From positions 142,857-206,856 of the forward strand of contig NMRA01000525.1 of the NCBI GenBank assembly GCA_002633005.1: DNA of 64,000 nucleotides, written 5' to 3'. Of this stretch, positions 1 to 12,500 are shown piece by piece; the stretch's first letter is position 1, and each line of letters starts with the position of its first letter. Under the pieces are notes generated by a model. That model was not told where the DNA came from, ran no database searches, and saw only the letters and a list, made by a program, of their open reading frames with translations. Origin of the DNA: Phoronis australis (taxonomy: Eukaryota; Animalia; Phoronida). Both the position numbers and the translations under genes were made by a program.

Positions 1-15
1 GAATTTGGATCAAAA

Positions 16-407
16 TGTGTGACGGGTCATTTGTAACTGCACATTTATTGTTATGCTTATTTAGTTGTTACTGTTCATTTATTCTTACGCTAATGTATTT
101 GTTCCAAATGCAACAAATCAAATCTTCACAGAACACCAAAATGTGTATTTCACCTTACACATACGTGTACATTACAGCTAAGTTCCAAATTAAATACGCT
201 GAATCCATAGTTGCCACAGAAAGAAAGAAACACACCCTTCTCTGAAGCCTGTCGCTAGCCAAGTGCCCGACACATACAGTCGCGCCCGCATGCCCACGTA
301 AAAAAGGCGCACCGAGACGCAACAAATACATTAACATAAGAATAAGTGAGGAATAGCAACTAAATAAGCATAACAATAAAAGTACAGTTACTAACGTCCC
401 GTCACAT
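16..407. mobile_element. MITE with ~90-bp imperfect terminal inverted repeats (TFCP2 intron)
   Basis: 16-105 (tgtgacgggtcatttgtaactg...ttattgttatgcttatttagttg...aatgtatttgtt) is the reverse complement of about 320-407. Confidence 0.75.
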
Positions 408-454
408 TAATGTGTACTGTGTAAGTATGACGTTAACACTGTCCAAGTACTTAC

Positions 455-545
455 TTAAACTGCAATGCGTTGTTCAGACGGATACCATCGGCAAGGCCAC
501 AAATCTGTATTAGATCGTCTCGTGTCAGCCTCAAGAGGTCAGCAC
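455..545 (-). CDS. TFCP2: TFCP2-like coding exon 10 (SAM-like domain)
   Basis: [30 protein letters not shown]; GTAAGT donor, so the gene continues beyond position 1. Confidence 0.93.
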
Positions 546-3500
546 CTGAAACAGCCATGTGAGTGACACTAAGACTTGAGTCAAAAACCAAGAGAATTTC
601 CCATCAGTTAATTTACTGTAACTGGAGTGTTCATCAAACTACAGAATTTACTGGATTGCACTGATGTTTATTTCAACAGGCAAAAATCTCGAAAGCAAGA
701 ATCTAAGGAGGAGGCCGAAATTGACCAGGTGGTACTGGAAAACAACGGTTCCGTCTTAAATGCGATTGCAGCCGTGTGGGACCGTTACGCCTGGAATGTT
801 CATATGCTGGTGAACATTTCCTTTCAGTCTATTCAGATAGAAAAAAGAGGAGCCTTTCATCAGTGCTGTCACCTAGTGAATGAAGTCTTCTCCCCAACAT
901 TATGACGTATGTCTCGTTACAGCTACTTTGACGTTGATTTCTGTGTGCACTCAGTCGTCACGAGCGGAATCCTGCCTTACTCAGTTGCAACAATGGGTAG
1001 TTATGCGTCAATTTGCTTAACTATATGTTGAGATACCAACTACTAAGCTAAATATGACCAAGCTTGGTCAAGCACAATGATACATCACCTAATTCTCCAA
1101 GCTTGAGTTTCCTTGCTCCCTAACTAACAACTGGTGGGTCTGCTTGAAGAAGACTACTGATTAGTAAGGTAAATCAAGCTTGTCACAAATCGTAAAAAAA
1201 TTCTCGGGCCAGTCCCCATGTCATCTACAGTGAATTCTAAGCTTGAAGCCTTGCTTCTTGGCAACCGTTGCTGTGCAAGCTTGAATACCACTACAGACCA
1301 GTAACATAACTCAAGCTGGTTATCTTTACCATATTCCAACACCTGGCAGGACTAGTTTCCTACCAACTGGCTATTGAAATGAACATTTCCAATGGCCTGT
1401 TTGCATACAGTAACGCAGCTCTTGTGGCGCTCAGGTGTACTACAACAGAGACGTCAACGACACTGCTAAGGTTATTCGAGCTTAGCATAGAACTTTCAAT
1501 AACATATGCCCAAAAAGCTTGAATAAGATTGACCGGGCTTGAATAATCTAACATGCTTTCAAGAGTTAGGAATTTCTCAGTTATGGTTATTCAAGCTTCA
1601 CAAATTTAGAGTCATATCTGATGATCATAGAATTATTACCAGAAAAATTCTGGAACACTCGGATATAGTTGGAGAACCTGTTTACATGGAGCCATGTGGA
1701 CACCTCCTGGGCTGAAGAGTCCGGAGTAACAGCCTGAAATGTGAACAGAGTCAAGTTACAAACATCATCTGGGGCCTGTTTTTTTGGAAACCTGCAAAAG
1801 TTGGCGGAAATAGGTCAAAGTTTCAAATTTTTGACCATGCAGTTGTTATGGGGACATCATCTAATTAAAAAAAATAATAAAATTCAAAAAATCTGTAATT
1901 CCTGGACCATCTGCTAAACTCTGTATTTGTATGGGGAAATGTTTCAGAGTGATTCATTTTAAACAGTTCCTCGGTAAAAATAGTACCAAATTGTTTAATC
2001 TAACAAACAGCTATCTGCCACGATTAGGTAGACGAAATAGTTCCTACCATTACATGTGTGGAGTTATCAAGACATTCCCTATTATCTAATTAAGTTTGAC
2101 CCTTGTGTAGGAATTCGAAGCTCTCCCATGTCCTTTAGCAAGACTCCGATACGTTCGTTCAGTAGCCTCCCTCACTGGGAGCAAATTTTCACAGCTTACA
2201 CAGAAATGAATTCTTTAGCATGTGCGCATACACAAACAAGATCACAAAGAAAAACAAAAAATCTTGAAAACATAGCGATGTGTAACCTAAATAAGGAGCC
2301 CATTACTCACCCCAGATAAAGATGTGGAGGGTACACTATGTGCACTATGTGCACTACTGTTGCTGACAGTTGGCGTCGGAGGTGCTGACCCAATCGAGCT
2401 GAGACTGCTCCCAGGACTGGGGCAGATGTTTCCGTTGTCTAGTAGCGCACTCTTCAGGTCACTGAATGAGTTCTGGTGATGAATGGCTTGGTCCAGTGGT
2501 AACTAGAGATGAAAAAGATGTGTTTTCTAGTTTCACAGTTTGCAGGGAAACATTTGTGCCAATGGAGATGGGACGACAGTATGCAGCCATGCAATATACA
2601 TGAATATGTGTGCCAACAGGATGATGACAGTATGCAGCCATGCAATGTACATGAATATGTGTGCCAACAGGATGACGACAGAATGCAGCGACGCAATGTA
2701 CATGAATATGTGTGCCAATAGGATGATGACAGTATGCAGCCATGCAATGTACATGAATATGTGTGCCAATAGGATGATGACAGTATGCAGCCATGCAATG
2801 TACATGAATATGTGCACGCATAATTAGGGTACCATAACAATAATACTTGGCCTATATCAGTACCATTAATGATGCATAGTCTCACTAAATTGTAAATATG
2901 CAAATGAAGTACTAATTTACGACCAAGCCCCGAGTCCTCCAGTGTGAAGGAAATTTTGCGAGAACCAGTTAAGATTACAATCTCTTACCCTAATGAAACA
3001 GTTTTTATTATTTGTTTATTATTTGTTTATTTCACAATAAAATAACGATTGTGTGACATCGGGAATTACTTGCCAAATAAGGGTTTTTTATACGTTCACA
3101 CTTGTTTTTAAGTGTGTCAGTTGTGGTGTTTTCTTTAAAACCTCAACTTATTTACCAATTCATTAGTTTCTTTTCCTGGTTATACTTGTACACACAGTTC
3201 TCCAGGAAGTCATTGAATATTCAGTTTTAATGAGACATGGCATCTTTAAGCAGTATCGGTATCAAAGCATGCAATACATTTCAGGAACATTTTGGCAAAT
3301 GGGCAACAGTGAAGTGTCACCCGCGTATCTGTAAGACATCCATAGGTGTCACTAGCTACCAGCAAGGTATATCGCACAATAGCCATATTCTAGACATCGG
3401 GACACCACCTGTTGGCCGTGTATTGTACTACACCCCATGTGTTAGAGACAGTACGCAGCTGAAGTGGTTAGAGGTAACATCGTGTTCTGGAGTGAAAAAC

Positions 3501-6500
3501 AACTTTGTTCATAGGCGCATTTAATTACCAGTCCAAAGATCCACTTGTTATGTTACAGCCAACAAAAACAGCAAGGTGGGGGATGAACTATTCAAAACCA
3601 TGTTTTGTTTCAAAAATCACATTCAGGGTTAAGAGAAACAGGGTAAAGTATAGCACCACACAGTTCAGTGGTTTAGGAGATAGCAGGGTAGCCTCCTTGG
3701 GGGCAAAAAGCAGTAATTTCTTCATACGGAAGGAATCATTTTTTCACTTTAAGACCACCTTCTATTTCAAAATAATTTTTTTCAAACAACTCCGATATCA
3801 TGTGGTAGATGCACAACTTATATATTCACAAAATGTCACTGATAATTGAAAGTCAGTTACAGTGGCAAGTCCAGGACACTTTTGGTCGAGGTATATTTCA
3901 TGCACTTGAAAACGGCAGTAGGTTACCCCATCTGCACACACAAAACGAATGACGTGTAGAGGAATCCTCCTTTGAATAGATGCACAAATGAGACCAAATG
4001 AACAACAGCAAGTGACCAAACTCAAGATTTGTTGATTTTGACGGAAATCGAGGTTTACTGCACCTTTAAAACCAACTGCCCATTCCTACCTCTGTCAAGA
4101 CGGTGCACTCATACGAAGGCTGAAACTTCTCCTTTTCCTGCGGAGACTTCTTCTCCATCTTCTCCCGGTCAGTCTTATGTTTCCTGTCAGCCCCTTTAGG
4201 CTGAGAACAAGAAACCCTTGTTATAACTGCACATTGTTAAAAGTTGCAAGAGTTCAACAAATAAGACGGTAGAAATTCTAATTGCATCTAAATTTACGTA
4301 TGATCCAAATCGAGGCAAATTCATGCCTTCAATCTGGATACAAAAAATCTCTAACGCTTCCTGACCTTATATCTGACAATTAATGTGGTAATATTAATGG
4401 AGCTTCCCCCCCCCCGGGAATGACACACTGGCAACCAAATACCAATGACCTCAATGTTTTCTTGGGAAATTCAAAACTGTCTACTTTCAATTACAAACCA
4501 TTCAAAACCAATCAAAACTGGAACAAATGAGGATTCTACAACTTTAATACACAATAACCCATCACAATACGGACACACCAGATAATTTCAAAAGAACATT
4601 CTAATGTGCAACTTCACGAAACTGACATATGAATACTTAAGAGCAACGGAACAAACAATTATCGTTCGCAACACCATTTAACACTTCCAAACAACAGTTC
4701 GATATTGTGGATTTTTAATAAATCAGAAGCATGGAAAAATGAACATTATTTTTTTAAAATTTTGTCAATTAAGAGCTCAACCTAAGACACATATAACTGC
4801 AACTGCAATGTCACAAGAATAGTCAGACAGAAGCAAAGTTCATGGCACAGGCGTACCAATCAGTCGCACAAAATTCTTCAACCTCTCCCCAATGCTCCCC
4901 AGCCAAAATAACCAGAAAACAAGCTTTCATCCAATAAAATTCTACATTTCTTTATTTTCTGCTCACGGCACTCTCCATATTTCACTTGACAGTTGCCCTT
5001 TCCAGTCCCATAATGAGCTTACAAGCACTATTTTCCCAATCAACTTTGATCTCGGTGTAACTGAGTGTTCTTTTCGTGAATTTTTCCAAAAAATAATAGT
5101 GCTTTTGATGTTTTTTGTAACTGACTCCAGTTGGCACACAACCAGACTGTCCTACCACTTTCGATGATTTTTTAAAAGACTAACAACAAGTGCCCTTGCA
5201 ACTGATCCAAACAATCCCACAACCAGACTGTCCTACCACTTTCGATGATTTTTTAAAAGACTAACAACAAGTGCCCTTGCAACTGATGCAAACAATCCCA
5301 CAACCAGACTGTCCTACCACTTTCGATGAATTTTTAAAAGACTAACAACAAGTGCCCTTCCAACTGATCCAAATAATCCCACAACCAGACTGTCCTACCA
5401 CTTTCGATGATTTTTTAAAAGACTAACAACAAGTGCCCTTGCAACTGATCCAAACAATCCCGCAACCAGACTGTCCTACCACTTTCGATGATTTTTTAAA
5501 AGACTAACAACAAGTGCCCTTGCAACTGATCCAAATGATCCCACAACCAGACTGTCACACCCAGGGGTTAATCCAGGATTTCAAAAAATGGATTTCTCAA
5601 TTTCCTAGGACTCCCAAGACCATTAACATGTGATAGTTTTTATGACCCCAAGTCAAATTGCTGTTACAGTTTGGCATGTTACCATGGAGACATGGTTCTG
5701 CAAAAAAAGGATTTTGTATCTTTCATTTTTAAACCAACTTCTTTATTCTGGACAGGCCAACGATTTCCCAGAGCTGCTGATGGCACCATGCTTATTTGCT
5801 TGCTTTATTTGGATGGCCAAATGCTCAACAGGTGTACTCACTATGGTTTCTAAATTTAAGTCAGTGTGTCCATTTGGACACCGTGGACACCATCTAGATG
5901 AAGGTCAGGTCCCACCATCTGCTCCTCCGTAGTTACACCACTCACCTTGAACACCTTCACTTGACAACCAGCACAGTGTAGCAGACGACGCTGAGACTCC
6001 TCATCCTCATTCGAGAACGTGTCGATTTGAATGCGGAACGGCACGCCTTTCTCACCGCCGTGCTTCTTGGGTGTAAACTCGGTGCTTATTGAGTTGATTT
6101 TGACGAACACACCTGTTTCCTTTGTCGGGTCCCAGAGGAACTCGAGACGATTGAGTTGGAAAGGCGGCAAGTGAATGTCAACCAGGCCGTAGGATAGTGG
6201 GATGTCTGTGAAGACACAAAGGCATGTGAATGTCAACCAGGCCGTAGGATAGTGGGATGTCTATGAAGACACAAAGGCAAGTGAATGTCGACCAGGCCGT
6301 AGGATAGTGGGATGTCTGTGAAGACACAAAGGCATGTGAATGTCGACCAGGCCGTAGGATAGTGGGATGTCTATGAAGACACAAAGGCATGTTAAACTTG
6401 CAATTTAAAAACAAGTTGACCAATATCTTCTTGTATCCACTCCTGTAATACGAAACAAAATTTTTTTGGCGATTTTTAGGTATTACACTTTTTCCCTCTG

Positions 6501-9500
6501 ACAAATTTGCTTCAGGACTTTCGCCAGAATTTTGATCCAGCTAAGAATATTTCGACAAAATCTTTGCACTTTTTGAAACCTAAATATAGCTTCATCCTAA
6601 AAACAGGTATAACACAGTATGAGGGGATTGCTTTTATTATAGGCAGAAAAGAAAGCAAAAAAATTCTTGTGTCACCCATTTGGTAGGACAGTAAAATGAT
6701 CTTGGTTCGAAACGATAAAATTTCAAGAATCTTGCATTAACACCAAAAGTAACCAATACAATAAGGTTGGAATAGGCCCTAATGTTATAGGTACATCCAC
6801 CCACACGTACATCTATTGATATTATGACAAACCTTCATGTAACTCAGTTTTGTTATTAGACTATCCTATGATTGACTTGTTTATGCTCAGGACAAAGCCA
6901 CGGACAACCCTTTTTTTATCAGACTTTCTGAAGACATGCCTGTTTATATTCCAGACAAGGCTGCGTATGAACGATTCTTTGTTATCAGTTTTAAGGATAT
7001 GCCTGTCGATATTACGGACAAGGCTATTAACCTGAGTGATAACTCATCGTTAGAAATCATGCAAAACATAAACACTAGTTTGGATGACATGAAAAAGCCA
7101 CCAATAAAGCATCTCTAACAGTGACGAATTCAAGCCGAGCTTCAATCAAGCCAAGATTTCCTCATTAGAGCTAAACACTCATCAATTGCAACATTTCGGA
7201 GAAAATGCATTGGACAACATGAACACATACACACACAAAAAAGGAATGTCTCGTTAACGGCCACACAGTGAAGAAACTGGTTTATACCTTAGAGTGTGTT
7301 TTATATTCCCATTTTGTGCAAAAATGAAGTTCATAACACTTGCACGAAAAACTTCAACAGAAGTCATTAGTACACACTTAACAAGTGAACTAACAATGAT
7401 GTCCATCAGTATTAACGAGCAGTTTTAATTACCAATATCGAGAATCCTTTCGCCTGGTCTGTATTGCTTCCATGAGTCTATCTTTTCATTTTCCATGTAT
7501 TGCAGTCGCCTGTCATGGAACGCTAGCTTTACTACGCTCTGCAAATGAAAGGAAACGGACACCGAATAATTTTTTTGCATCCACAAGCTGTAGAGAAAGA
7601 ACAAGTCAAGTCCCTCAGGTCCCTCGTTCACCAGAGGGGAAAGGTGCCTGTGATCCCCCCTCCCCATCGCCACTACTCATCAGCAATTCCCCAAGTGCTC
7701 AGTGTTTTGAAGAAGCGATTCTAACCTTGCAAGTAATTTTTTAATCATTGCACGGAAAGCGCTGGGGGCTGATGACGGGAATGTCGCGTGTTTTTAATTA
7801 TTTGTGTTTTTAATTATTTTTCACAGGGAATGAGGCTGATATTCAGCCCCAAAACCGAGGCACGTATCACCGACTAACTGAAAGGTCAAGTGGTGGAGCC
7901 CCCCCCCACCAGTAAGCCTTTTGTCATATCGTAATAAAACGAGTTACTTTAACAATACAATCTTTGCAAGACGATTTTTGGAAAAAATATTTAAATTTTC
8001 AGGCACTAAGAAATTTACTCAGAAATGTATAAATATGACTTACAGTAAAGTTTCCTAAAAACTCCAACAAAACTAATGTTAAAAACTGTCAGCTTTTCAT
8101 TTCTCAAACATTCTCTGTATTGCCGAAATTGTCAAAATTTCATTGTGCGTTTATTGATGACAAACGTACTATAAATAGTTTTCAATATTAATCAAGTAAA
8201 ATTGTTTTCTTGTTCACTTTTGCCGAAAATTTTCATAGAATACAACTAACTGTTCTGCCATTATTGTGTTCTAATTTGCTAGACAAAAAATACATTTAAT
8301 GGACCTCAACTTCAATTTCAAATTTACTCCATCTCTGCTAAAATCTTAGTCCTAGCTTAGTGAGTCATAAACAATTATTCAGCTTCACCAGAGGCTAATT
8401 ACCTTGTAGATCTTGCCCTGACAGTCTGAGAGGTCACCTAATTTCTTCACCTTTATCTCATATGATTGACCTGAACATAGCAAAAACATAGTACAGACAA
8501 CAAGCAAACATCTAGTGGTGCACTTCGAATGAATGAGATGGTTTAACACACCTTGTAGTGGCACACTTCTAATGTCTGAGACAGTTTAACATGCCAGAAA
8601 TGGCGCCTATGAGCTCAAACCCAGACGCGCCTTTAATAAAACAAGAGCAACATGGAGCGTTACACTGCACCAACGAATGCACTGCAAACCGTGTGCTTCT
8701 AGAGATGTTTATCATAAAAATGGCCACTAGATGGCGCAAAACGTCCAATCCATCTGAAAACGGAACATGCCATCACTTTTTAATAGAAAGCTATTTACCA
8801 AATTTCATAAAAATCTGTCAAGGAACTTCTGAGAAACAAGGGAAAACTGAAAAAAATGAAATTGCCACAAGGGGGCAAAGCGTCCACCTGAAAGTTGTCA
8901 TCGTCAATTGCTAGCTTCATACAAATACACTTACTAAGTTTAATATAAAGATCCTGCAGTGGGTTTAGGAGATACAGCTAACAGATATGGGTGCAAAACA
9001 AAACTACCACTAGGAGGTGCCACAGTATTCAAAGTCATCATTGTCAACTGCCCTCATCACTAAGAACATATACGCCAATTTTCAAAATCACCCTTAGAAT
9101 GGTTTGGTTGATAGAGAGGTGGACGCTAAAAAACAGACTTGAAAACACTAGGTGGTGCAAAATACCCCGAATCCATCCGAAAACAGCTGGATAGCGTCAC
9201 CTCACCAATAGGTGTCTATATTCCAAATTCTATGAAAATCCATTGAGGACCTTTGAAGATACAAAGGTAAATGCAAAAAACTAAAATTGCCACTAGGGGG
9301 CGCAACTGTAGTCGTCGTCATTCCTTATCAATATCATATAAATATACTTGCTACATTTAGTAAAAGATCCTGCAAACAGTTTAGGAGATACAGCCATGTG
9401 CGCAAAAAAAAAACTGCCACTAGGAGGCGCCACAGTACTCGAAGTCATCAGAAAATCATCGTCAGTCGTCCTCTTTACAGTAAGAACATATATGCCAATT

Positions 9501-12500
9501 TTCAAGATCATACCCAAAGCGGTTTGGTTGATAGACGGGCGGACGTCAAAAAACAGACTCAAAAACAGTTAAAATGGCCACTGGGTGGCGCAAAGTACCT
9601 TGAATCCATCCGAAAATGAGAGGATGGCACCACCTCACTAATAGATGCCTAACTGCCAAATTTTATGACAATCCGTTGAGGACCTCCTAAGATACAGAGG
9701 CAAGCGTAAAAACCTAAAATTGCCACTAGGGGGCACACTGGTAATCGGAGAGGTCCGAAATTTGTCGCCATCCGTTGTCAGCTTGATAGAAACACAGCTG
9801 CCAAATCTCATCAAGATCCTGTGAGGGGTTTAGGAGATACAGCTGCGGACGCCCAGACAGAGATGACGGCAATATGTGACCACAAATAAATATGTGGGCA
9901 CATAAAAAAGACACTAGTCGTGAGACTGGAGTATGCACACGTAATGTAATCTTAACCTAACCTCAATTTCTAAATAATGTCGTCAAGCTTCTTAACTCAC
10001 ACTCATGTCAAAAGTGCATTTTTATGTACAGAGTGCAGTAATCAACTTAATAGCAGCGCGCATTACTTAGCATGAGTAACTGCGACACATACGTAAAAAC
10101 TGTAATCCATTCTGCCACTTACAGCAAGACACCGCATTAAACAGGTCGAGCAAAGTTCAATTTCAAATGCATTATTGCAACAATGGCAAAATTTCATCAT
10201 GACAACTGCAAGGTTCGGCGTGCATATATGCCCACCAAGCACAAAAGTGTTCTCTCGGTACCTGTCACCAGAAAACAAGTTTTTACTTGGCCCAACTAAT
10301 TTCTTGGCTTTACGTTCCTGCCGGCAACCAAGTTTTACTGAAAAACCACACATTTTACTGTCCAGTGGCAACCTTGGGTGAACGATTACCTCAGTTAAAT
10401 TTGAACACATTCTCTGGTCAAAAAACAAAACTTCAAACCGGCATTAAGTAAAAGAGTAAACAGCAAATGTAGACACATAACGAATCACTTGACCTCATGT
10501 GATCTACAGGGCAAACATTAACAAAACATGAGCATATTGCTATAAATAAATCCATTTAGATGCCTTCTACAAAGTCTGACTGGAAGTTTGAGGACTGTTG
10601 TCCACTACAGCCTAGTGGACTAAAGTGTCTGCAAGGAATGGAGTCAATTTGGGGATAGAAATCTTTTTAGATTCAAGGTGATTATAAGCAATGTGACATG
10701 ACCTGTCCACCAGATGGAATATGAGAAACTATTAAAGCTTTCTCTTATTATCAACATAACTTTGTTGCATAACAAATGTCAAAAGGTTTCCATACTGAAA
10801 AGACTTTTTTTCGACTACAGCACTGAATACGGTTTCAGTCCGACAAAAACTTCCTGTCAGACCATTCCAGCTTTGTTCACACTTTTAACTGATTACATCC
10901 TGCAATGACCTGTCTGAATCCTGTCAATCAAGCCGCAGCCCACGTGTGCCTAGGCTAATTAGCTCACCTTGATTCAGGTAAGTCAAAGTCTCCTCATTCA
11001 GCTTGGTTGCAGGAGAAGTTGCTGCACCAAGGACAAACTGAAACCTGTAATTACAATTGTTAAAAGATATTTCATTACAAGACACTTTATTATAAGACAT
11101 TTTATTGCAAGATATTTTATCATAAGATATTTTATATCACTAAAAATGTCTTCTTGTGAATTTGCTGTATACAGTATGCTCTTTACTTAAGAACACAACA
11201 TGATAAATTAGTAGATTATTACAGACACCTTTCTGAAGAAAAATAAATGTAAATTTGAGTTCCTTATTACCACGGTTGCACTATACAGCTGTTATAAAGA
11301 TGTCAGTAAATCTCAAGCATTTTTTAATTAGCAAATTAATATATTTATTTACAACTTTTGAAAAGTATTAGTAATCAACATTTTTATCAGCGAGGAAAAT
11401 TGTTCTCTTACCCTTGATCAATGGAGTCTTGTTTGAACACAGGAAGTGCCAACAGAGCTTGGCTAAAAATAAAATATCTGAGAATAACCAGAAGCTAATG
11501 AGGCACAAGGTCTCCAAAATGTACAATTTGTAACCACTGAACAGCAATTAGCGACAAAATATGTACGTAGGTGTTCATTACACCATGCACTGCATAGAGA
11601 ATCACTGGTGACTCAATATTTACTTGGTATCGTTAATGTAAAAAAGGGCACGTTATCATCACTGAAATAGATTTAGAACAAGAAACTGGTATGTAGTATC
11701 TACCAGCTTGTATTTATAGTAGCATGAGTAAGACAACGACGCCACAACATCTATTGTTTCACAAGAGCCATTATTCAAAGCCTATGATGCCTCAATTCAG
11801 GGCCAAATATCCTCCTCTCCTTTGTCAATGTACCATTAATAGGGTCATGTGAACATGTCTTTCTTAGTAAAGATTAGACAAAAGAAAGGTAAATTGGTAG
11901 CAAAATAACAGTATAAAAATCAATGAAATATCGTTCGATATAAATGAAATCTCAAAAATGCTGTCGCAGCTTTGTAAATTATCATTTTGTCTTTTAAACA
12001 TATTTGAGATTTTTCTTGAAAAGCACAAAGTTCTATTTTGATAGCCTCTTAAAGAGGAACATTCAAAAAATAATTGCTAGCAGTCTTCTAGGACACTGCA
12101 CCATGCATACTACCTGAAATCCTACTCTTACTATCTGAAAGCATAACATCAATACAATCAGCCATTTGCGAGATACGATGTTCCAAAGTTAGCCAAATTT
12201 CGTCATTCTGAGGTTGTGTGTGACCTTGGTTTTTCTCTTTGTGATTACTATAAGGCCTTAACTTTTACTTTTACCCTTTTTGTATTTTACTTGTATCACA
12301 TATGTATGTATTTTACTCATACCGTATATGTATGTCTTTGGACCCACACAGAGGAATTGATCGCTTGAATCTTGGTGCGAAACACTTGAATAAATCCGAT
12401 GAGAATTTTTTTAAAACAGCATGATTGAAGCTCGAGTTATCCATTATAAAATGACACAGACAGGCATTAGGTTAAACATTGCTCACTTAAACATGCTACA

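Noticed and set aside
2454-2903. Five overlapping Cys/His-rich repetitive ORFs
   Set aside because: They arise from a 51-bp intronic minisatellite whose unit is a multiple of 3, which keeps several frames open.
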